Of a stretch of DNA of 64,000 bases, positions 57,845 through 64,000 are shown in pieces. The stretch is from an uncultured Bacilli bacterium (GTDB lineage: Bacteria; Bacillota_I; Bacilli_A; RF39; UBA660), in the NCBI GenBank assembly GCA_934183155.1, contig CAKPSB010000003.1, forward strand, positions 3,818 through 67,817, in the 5' to 3' direction. The translations under genes were made by a program, and so were the position numbers. The first letter of the stretch is position 1. The number at the start of each line of letters is the position of its first letter. The notes beneath the pieces are model-generated. The model had not been told where the DNA came from. It was given only the letters and a program-made list of their open reading frames with translations, and searched no databases.

Positions 57845-58645
57845 TTATAAAATATTTATAAAAAACATAAAGCCAAGTAATACAAATATTATACTATCAA
57901 GTCTATCTAATATTCCACCATGACCTGGCATCAAATTAGAAAAATCCTTTTTTCCAAAATAACGTTTAATAGCTGAAAATACTAAATCTCCATATTGACC
58001 TAAAATAGATAAAAATGTACATATCATAAGCAAAGAAATCTTAGAAAATTCAGGATTAATAACCGTATGATAAAACATTGCACTTATAAATACACCCATA
58101 ATAGTACCACCAATCATACCTTCTATTGTTTTTTTAGGTGATATTTTTTCTAACAATTTATGCCTGCCAATAAGACAACCAGTAATATAAGCAAATGTAT
58201 CAGTTATCATTGGAATAAGTAATAAAAATATTAATAAATTTAAACTAACATTTCGAACCAATATCAAAAGTGACATTGATATTGATAAGAAAACAATTCC
58301 ACCTATTAAATAAAAAGCATCATTAACACTGTATTTTTCTCTTTCATGATATAAAACTGTTGGTATTAAAAACGCCATAAATAAAGCTGATAGTATTCTA
58401 TAATCTAAGCTAAATACAGATGATGAAATATTTTCATCAACAAGCATAATTAATGTCATAAAAATATATGCTATTAATTGAATAAAAATTGGTAATTGCT
58501 TTTTAACAATTTTAATATCTAAAAATTCCTTTAAAGCAAGCATTGAAATAATATAAACCCCAACATTATAAGCCATTCCACCAGTTAATATAAGAGGAAT
58601 AACAATAGCCAAAGCTACAATTGCACTAATTACTCTTATTTTCAT
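57845..58645 (-). CDS. cdsA: Phosphatidate cytidylyltransferase
   Basis: Polytopic membrane protein. The C-terminal CTP-transferase signature is …GHGGILDRLDS…. Confidence 0.8.
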   Translation of the reverse strand: MKIRVISAIVALAIVIPLILTGGMAYNVGVYIISMLALKEFLDIKIVKKQLPIFIQLIAYIFMTLIMLVDENISSSVFSLDYRILSALFMAFLIPTVLYHEREKYSVNDAFYLIGGIVFLSISMSLLILVRNVSLNLLIFLLLIPMITDTFAYITGCLIGRHKLLEKISPKKTIEGMIGGTIMGVFISAMFYHTVINPEFSKISLLMICTFLSILGQYGDLVFSAIKRYFGKKDFSNLMPGHGGILDRLDSIIFVLLGFMFFINIL

Positions 58646-59357
58646 CTTTTATACCTCCAAATCTTCTATCACGTTTAGTATATTCTATGATTGCTTTATC
58701 AAATTCATCATTATTAAAATCAGGAAAATAAACTTTTGGAAAATAAAACTCTGCATATGAATTTTGCCACAACATAAAATTACTTAATCTTTCTTCTCCA
58801 CTTGTTCTAATCATTAAATCAACATCAGGAATGTCTTGATATAAATATTTGTGAAAAACATTCTCATCTAAACTATTTATATCTAATTTACCCTCATCTA
58901 CATCAGCAACTATTTTTTTAGTAGCATCTATCAACTCAGCTCTAGAGCCATAATTAAAACATATATTAAAAACCTTATCTGTATACTTTTCAGTTTCCTT
59001 TTCAATTGTTTCTATAGCTTCTATTACCTTATTTGAAAGTCTATCTCTTCTACCAGAAAAAACCGCATGAATGTTTTCTTTATGACAAAAGTTTAAAATA
59101 TCGTTTAATTTGCCAGTTAATAAATTCATAATAAAATTTACTTCTTTTTCACTACGCTTAAAATTTTCTGTTGAAAACAAATAAGCACTTACATATTTAA
59201 TTTTTTTCGAAAAAATATAACTTGTTAATTTTTGCAAATTAATAAATCCAGCTTCATGGCCAGCACTTCTTGACTTACCTTTTTTTAAAGCCCATCTACC
59301 ATTTCCATCAACGATTAACGCTACATGATTTGGAATTTTCAAATTTGTATAGTCCAT
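58626..59357 (-). CDS. uppS: Isoprenyl transferase (undecaprenyl diphosphate synthase)
   Basis: HVALIVDGNGRWA…AYLFSTENFKR…RTSGEERLSNFMLWQ. Confidence 0.9.
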   Translation of the reverse strand: MDYTNLKIPNHVALIVDGNGRWALKKGKSRSAGHEAGFINLQKLTSYIFSKKIKYVSAYLFSTENFKRSEKEVNFIMNLLTGKLNDILNFCHKENIHAVFSGRRDRLSNKVIEAIETIEKETEKYTDKVFNICFNYGSRAELIDATKKIVADVDEGKLDINSLDENVFHKYLYQDIPDVDLMIRTSGEERLSNFMLWQNSYAEFYFPKVYFPDFNNDEFDKAIIEYTKRDRRFGGIKDENKSN

Positions 59358-59668
59358 TTAACTACCTCACTATCTAACAAATATTATAATATATTTTTAA
59401 GGATAAAACAATGAAAATTGTTTTGTTTACTTAATTTCAAAATAAAAACACCTATTTATAGGTGAAATTATGCTTTTTTTATTAATATTTTAAGTTCTTA
59501 TCCCTATCTAAATAATTTACCATATCTTTTCTATAAACAGCAACACGTCAACCAGTAATATTCCTTATCACCAAAACAGTGAAGAAATATAGCTAAGCCT
59601 TTATTATTACCCATTTCGTCTTGCTTTTATTACCTAAATAACATTTATAATATTCTTCAAAAAAAGCG

Positions 59669-59911
59669 TCATAAAGACGCTATATTAATATGTACTTTTT
59701 TCTCATGATTTAAATAACTACTAGCTTGGACAATAGTTCTAATAGCATTTGCTATCATTCCTTTTTTACCAATAACTCGGCCCATATCATCTTCACTAAC
59801 TAAAACTTCAATAGTTATTAATTCATCATCATCAAAAGCTCTCACTGATACTTCATCAGGATTTTTAACTAAACTTTTTACAAGAAATTCTGTTAAATCA
59901 CTTAATTTCAT
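59669..59911 (-). CDS. khpA: KH-domain RNA-binding protein (KhpA/YlqC family)
   Basis: 80 aa, with VIGKKGMIANAIR (a GxxG KH loop). It lies immediately downstream of rpsP. Confidence 0.75.
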   Translation of the reverse strand: MKLSDLTEFLVKSLVKNPDEVSVRAFDDDELITIEVLVSEDDMGRVIGKKGMIANAIRTIVQASSYLNHEKKVHINIASL

Positions 59912-59913
59912 AA

Positions 59914-60195
59914 TTATTTACTCTCTTTTTTTTGCTTTGATTCATGAAATTTTTTATTAATTCCTTTTTTATTAAATAAACTTTTTACTGTATCTGTTGG
60001 AATAGCTCCATCATTAAGCCATTTTAAAGCAACTTCTTCTTTAATGTTGATTTCTGCAGGATCAACTACTGGATTATATGTACCAACAAGTTCAATATAT
60101 TTTCCATCTCTTTTTACTCTTGCATCAGCGGCAACAATACGATAAAATGGTTTTCTTTTTGCACCCATTCTTAAAAGTCTTAATTTAACTGCCAT
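59914..60195 (-). CDS. rpsP: 30S ribosomal protein S16
   Basis: [42 protein letters not shown]. Confidence 0.9.
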   Translation of the reverse strand: MAVKLRLLRMGAKRKPFYRIVAADARVKRDGKYIELVGTYNPVVDPAEINIKEEVALKWLNDGAIPTDTVKSLFNKKGINKKFHESKQKKESK

Positions 60196-60264
60196 AATAT
60201 CCCTCCATTTCTATCACTAATAATAGCATAAAAAAAAAGTCGTGTCAACCTTTTTTGTATAACA

Positions 60265-61005
60265 TCATTTTACTATTTTTTGAAGATTTTTAATAAAACT
60301 TTTACTTTTTAAATAAAGACCTGTATACCTTGAATAATAATCATCTAAAAACAAATTAATTTCGTTCTTACATTTATCACCAATTGCAATTTTAGAAATT
60401 TTACTAATATCAACATAATAAAACATTCTAATTAACTTAATCGTTTTTTCACTAACAATTGGTTCACCATTATAACAATTTTGACAAACAAAACCACCTT
60501 TATAACTAGAAAGTGTAACAATACCAGCCATACCACCACAAACTGCGCAGCAGTCTAAAACAGGCATAACCCCTAAATATTCCAAATATTTTAATTCCAA
60601 AATATTCATAATTACAAGTGGATCAAATTCCTCATTTATTTTAACTAAACCACTAATTAACAAATCAAAAATATTACAATTATTATTCTGTTTAATAACC
60701 CCTTCACTTAATTCTAAAATGTAAGCGGCATAACTAATTGCAGCAATATCCTTCTTCAAATTTTTAAAATTATTTAAAACACTTACTTCTTTTAGCTGAG
60801 ATAACTTATTTTCTTTATAATATACAACAAAAATACCATAAGTTAACTTTGACGATACACTTCTAAGCGGACTTTTTAACACTCGGCATCCTTTACTTAT
60901 TACCGAAATAAGGCCATACTTTTTAGTAATAATTCCTAAAATTTTACTTGTTTCGCCATAATTAACTTCACTAACAACAATCCCTTCCAGCTTCTCTAAG
61001 TTCAT
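60265..61005 (-). CDS. recO: DNA repair protein RecO
   Basis: OB-fold N-terminus and a C4 zinc finger (CAVCGG…CQNC). It follows era, matching operon synteny. Confidence 0.8.
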   Translation of the reverse strand: MNLEKLEGIVVSEVNYGETSKILGIITKKYGLISVISKGCRVLKSPLRSVSSKLTYGIFVVYYKENKLSQLKEVSVLNNFKNLKKDIAAISYAAYILELSEGVIKQNNNCNIFDLLISGLVKINEEFDPLVIMNILELKYLEYLGVMPVLDCCAVCGGMAGIVTLSSYKGGFVCQNCYNGEPIVSEKTIKLIRMFYYVDISKISKIAIGDKCKNEINLFLDDYYSRYTGLYLKSKSFIKNLQKIVK

Positions 61006-61087
61006 TTTTTACCTCTTCTTTATACGCTAAATAATACTCTAATTTACCTGTCATTTTAAATAAATTCCATAAATCTTCTTTTTTCAT
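60971..61087 (-). CDS. yqzL: YqzL-family small protein (38 aa), unannotated, overlapping the recO start
   Basis: The minus-strand translation is MKKEDLWNLFKMTGKLEYYLAYKEEVKNELREAGRDCC. It fits the YqzL pattern W..F..TG.I..YL.YKE and the conserved era-yqzL-recO position. It ends with TAG, 35 nt inside recO. Confidence 0.4.
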   Translation of the reverse strand: MKKEDLWNLFKMTGKLEYYLAYKEEVKNELREAGRDCC

Positions 61088-61206
61088 ATTCATTCCCCTT
61101 CTATAATTATATTGATACTTTTTTTAAATCTTTATACAAAATATCTTACAATTTAATTATAGCAAAACGAACAAATGTTTACAATGACTATTTTAAAATT
61201 TTACAC

Positions 61207-62106
61207 TTATTCAGTAAAGTCATTAAAATTAAATTCAGCTAAATATTTTTCTTTATCACGCCATTTTGAAATTGTTTTAACATACAGTTCCAAATACACC
61301 TTCTTATTAAAATATTCTTCCAAATCTTCTCTAGCAAGCATACCTATTTTTTTTATCATAGACCCTCCTTTACCAATAATTATTTTTTTAAGAGAATCAC
61401 GATCGACAATAATAGCTACATTAATTATTACTTTATCTTTATCTTTAACAAGTTTTTCAACAACACATGTTACTGAATGTGGAACTTCCTGCTTTGTAAG
61501 CCAAAGTACTTTTTCTCTAACTAACTCAGCAACCATAAAATTATCAGTTCTATTTGTAATAATACCTTCATCAAAATATTTAACACTATCAGGTAAATAA
61601 CTTTTTATAACTTTTTTAAATTCATCTACATTTTGTTTTTTTAAAGCAGATACCGGAACAATTTCCACAAATGGATATAAATCTTTATATTCATTTATTT
61701 TTAAAAATACCTCATCACTACTTAATCCATCTATTTTATTAATAACTAATATAACCGGTTTATTAATGCTTTTTAACCTTTCAATAACAAACTTATCACC
61801 TTTACCTAAACCAGCTTTCGCATCCACTAAAAAACAAATCAAATCAACATCATCTATGCTATAATAAGCACCTTTATTCAATAAATTTCCTAATTTATTA
61901 GATGGTTTATGAATTCCTGGAGTATCAACAAAAACTATTTGACTATCTTCATCATTATAAATACCTTGAATAATATTCCTCGTCGTTTGTGGCTTATTCG
62001 ATGTAATAGCTATTTTTTTATTAACAATAGAATTTAATAATGTACTTTTACCAACATTTGGTCTTCCAATTAAACTAACAAATCCACTTCTCATATTACC
62101 CTCCAT
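61207..62106 (-). CDS. era: GTPase Era
   Basis: MRSGFVSLIGRPNVGKSTLLN (G1), DTPG (G3), NKID (G4), and a C-terminal KH domain. Confidence 0.9.
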   Translation of the reverse strand: MEGNMRSGFVSLIGRPNVGKSTLLNSIVNKKIAITSNKPQTTRNIIQGIYNDEDSQIVFVDTPGIHKPSNKLGNLLNKGAYYSIDDVDLICFLVDAKAGLGKGDKFVIERLKSINKPVILVINKIDGLSSDEVFLKINEYKDLYPFVEIVPVSALKKQNVDEFKKVIKSYLPDSVKYFDEGIITNRTDNFMVAELVREKVLWLTKQEVPHSVTCVVEKLVKDKDKVIINVAIIVDRDSLKKIIIGKGGSMIKKIGMLAREDLEEYFNKKVYLELYVKTISKWRDKEKYLAEFNFNDFTE

Positions 62107-62112
62107 TAACTT

Positions 62113-62514
62113 TTAAAAAACAAACAATCCCATAATCTTAGGCAAAAAAATTATAAGTCCTATAACCAATGCTGTAAAACCAAACACTAAAACTGCTCCA
62201 GCGGCCGTATCCTTAGCTATTTTTGCAAGCGGATTAATTTGATTAGTAATCAAATCAATAGTTGCCTCTATACTTGTATTAATAAGTTCCGTTGCAATAA
62301 CAAGTCCAATACTTAAAAATATAGCTACCCACTCTAAAGACGATAATTTAAAATAAATTCCAAATATAATAACCAATATAGTTGCTAAAGTATGAACTAA
62401 AATATTTTGTTCATATTTAAAAGCATATTTTAAACCATCAAAAGCATATTTAAAACTTTTAAACAATCTTTTAAATCCTCTTTGCTTAAGTTTATCTCGT
62501 GAGACCATAGTCAT
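62113..62514 (-). CDS. dgkA: Diacylglycerol kinase / undecaprenol kinase (DgkA family)
   Basis: 133 aa, 3 TM. …RGFKRLFKSFKYAFDGLKYAFKYEQNILVH…LVIATELINTSIE…. Confidence 0.8.
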   Translation of the reverse strand: MTMVSRDKLKQRGFKRLFKSFKYAFDGLKYAFKYEQNILVHTLATILVIIFGIYFKLSSLEWVAIFLSIGLVIATELINTSIEATIDLITNQINPLAKIAKDTAAGAVLVFGFTALVIGLIIFLPKIMGLFVF

Positions 62515-62938
62515 TTAAAATCAACTCCTGTTTTGAAAACATTATTTTTTCTTCCTCTTTTGTCATATGATCATAACCAAGTAAATGAAGCAACCCATGA
62601 ATAGTTAAAAAACCCATTTCCCTTTTTAAACTATGTCCATATTCCTTAGCTTGCATCTCCATCCTTGGAACACATATATAAATATCTCCAAGTAATCTGC
62701 CAAATTCAAAATGAATATTATCATCACCATCTTCTAAGGCAAAACTTATAACATCAGTAACTCTATCAATACCACGATAGTTTTTGTTAATCTCCTGAAT
62801 CGTATTTTCATCAACAAATATAACATTAAAATTAACCTTTTCTAAATGCTCATGCTTTAAAGCAAACTCAATTATTTTCTTTTCTTCTTCTAAATCTAAC
62901 TGCTTATCAGTTTCATTAAACACCTCAAAATTATTCAT
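62492..62938 (-). CDS. ybeY: rRNA maturation endoribonuclease YbeY
   Basis: HGLLHLLGYDH zinc-binding motif. Confidence 0.85.
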   Translation of the reverse strand: MNNFEVFNETDKQLDLEEEKKIIEFALKHEHLEKVNFNVIFVDENTIQEINKNYRGIDRVTDVISFALEDGDDNIHFEFGRLLGDIYICVPRMEMQAKEYGHSLKREMGFLTIHGLLHLLGYDHMTKEEEKIMFSKQELILNDYGLTR

Positions 62939-63549
62939 TAAACTCCTACTCCTATTAAATTAAACATATAAAGTGCCATAATAGCAACCACTAACAAAAT
63001 CATTATATTATAAACTATTGGATTTTTCAATATAGACGGTAAATGTTCATTAATAACATTTAAAAATTTATAAATATAAAATCCAAATAATCCCCCAATA
63101 ACATTTAAAATAATATCATCAATATCAAATATTCTTCCTATTAAAAGCTGTATAACCTCAACCGACACCGAAACAAGTAATACCATAAAAAAAGCTGAAA
63201 TTGGTTTTTTTAAATTTAAATAATATGAAACAAAATAACCATATGGCATAAATAAAATAATATTTCCCAAAACATTTTTTATAAATAATCTACTACCTAA
63301 ATTATATCTAAAAATCTCTTTAAATGGAACAAAATTAGAAGAAGAATATCCAACATCCTGAAAAGTTACAACATAAAACAAACACAAAACATATATAATA
63401 AAAACTAAAGCTAAAAATTCTTTATAAAATACTATTTTTTCTTTATTTTTAATCAAATAAACTATCCTCATACTTATAACAATAACCGCACTAATTAAAA
63501 TTGTTGGCCAAACTTCTCCAAAAATCTTTAATAAACTTTGTCTAATCAT
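62938..63549 (-). CDS. VanZ-family membrane protein
   Basis: 203 aa, 4-5 TM, with …NVLGNIILFMPYGYF… (the VanZ-like N…FxPxG motif). Confidence 0.55.
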   Translation of the reverse strand: MIRQSLLKIFGEVWPTILISAVIVISMRIVYLIKNKEKIVFYKEFLALVFIIYVLCLFYVVTFQDVGYSSSNFVPFKEIFRYNLGSRLFIKNVLGNIILFMPYGYFVSYYLNLKKPISAFFMVLLVSVSVEVIQLLIGRIFDIDDIILNVIGGLFGFYIYKFLNVINEHLPSILKNPIVYNIMILLVVAIMALYMFNLIGVGV

Positions 63550-63555
63550 ACATAA

Positions 63556-64000
63556 TCACCTAATTTCTTGATAATCAGTAATGTCTTCATATATGGCAAA
63601 AAACATCTCTACCTCTACTATACTCTTCTTTACCTTAGTTTTCAAATACTTACTTCGGATAATATACTCATCTTTTTTTAATTTAGCCTTCATCTGCTTT
63701 ATAGATTCCTTTTTAGCATACCCCAAAACTTCATCAAAAGTTAAAATTTGATTTATATATTTAACCTCTTTTTGATTTTGTCTAACAAATTCTAAAGGAA
63801 TATTAGGATGCTTTAAAATAACTTTCTCCTTTATTTTTTTATTTTTATATCTATCAAATGTTAATTCAAAATAATGATTTAAAAACTTAATAGCATAAAC
63901 ATTTTTTTCATTTCCTGTTTCTTTAACCGCCTGATAATAAAGTGGATAATCTATCTTTGTAACATACCAAACTTCTGCATAAACCTTTCCATTTGCCCTT
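63556..64000 (-). CDS. Hypothetical protein, C-terminal fragment. The gene continues past the window end. It is possibly YqfD-like given its position.
   Basis: The minus-strand frame is open from the window edge (…KVYAEVWYVTKIDYPLYYQAVKETG…EDITDYQEIR*) and ends at TGA 63556-63558. It is not in the ORF track because it is partial. Confidence 0.3.
   Translation of the reverse strand, partial: RANGKVYAEVWYVTKIDYPLYYQAVKETGNEKNVYAIKFLNHYFELTFDRYKNKKIKEKVILKHPNIPLEFVRQNQKEVKYINQILTFDEVLGYAKKESIKQMKAKLKKDEYIIRSKYLKTKVKKSIVEVEMFFAIYEDITDYQEIR

Noticed and set aside
1-64000. CRISPR arrays, IS elements or transposases, restriction-modification or other recognisable defence systems
   Set aside because: No regularly spaced direct repeats apart from the in-gene 48-bp coding array. 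No transposase or integrase-like ORFs. No nuclease, helicase or methylase motifs among the unassigned ORFs.

Overview
This is a very AT-rich (roughly 27-30% GC) chromosomal segment from an endospore-forming low-GC Firmicute, probably Clostridia-like. About 85% of it is coding, mostly on the minus strand, and nearly all of that is core genome. Core genes include pheS/pheT and proS, each preceded by a recognisable T-box leader. There is a dcw fragment (murG, ftsQ/divIB), mscL, and a ClpC-like ATPase. The sporulation genes spoIIGA, sigE and sigG are present, along with small unannotated genes matching Cse60 and YqzL. Further core genes are uvrC, deoD, an M16 peptidase pair, ylbL/ylbJ, rnc, yebC, rseP, cdsA, uppS, rpsP, khpA, recO, era, dgkA and ybeY. 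Two tRNAs are present: Lys-CTT on the plus strand and Leu-GAG on the minus strand.

Accessory-looking content is concentrated in five places:
- 39.5-44.2 kb: a compact type-IV-pilus-like module. It holds a small pilin and a 919-aa protein that has a class-III (prepilin) signal followed by a Gly-rich region, a beta-helix and a ricin-B lectin domain. A PilB/GspE-family ATPase is transcribed divergently. No platform protein or prepilin peptidase is visible in the window.
- 46.7-49.8 kb: two sortase-substrate-like surface proteins. One carries thioester-domain (TQXA) motifs. The other has about seven copies of a 48-bp tandem repeat and an LPQTG motif.
- 2.6-6.4 kb: an ATP-grasp ligase, an Asp/Glu racemase and an asparagine synthase in one operon. 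I infer this is a D-Asp/D-isoAsn peptidoglycan cross-bridge pathway.
- 50.2-54.9 kb: a BceRS/BceAB-like peptide-antibiotic sensing and efflux module.
- 1.58-2.39 kb: two translationally coupled ORFs of unknown function.

I saw no CRISPR array, transposase, integrase or obvious defence system. All functional calls come from reading motifs by eye. None is search-verified.
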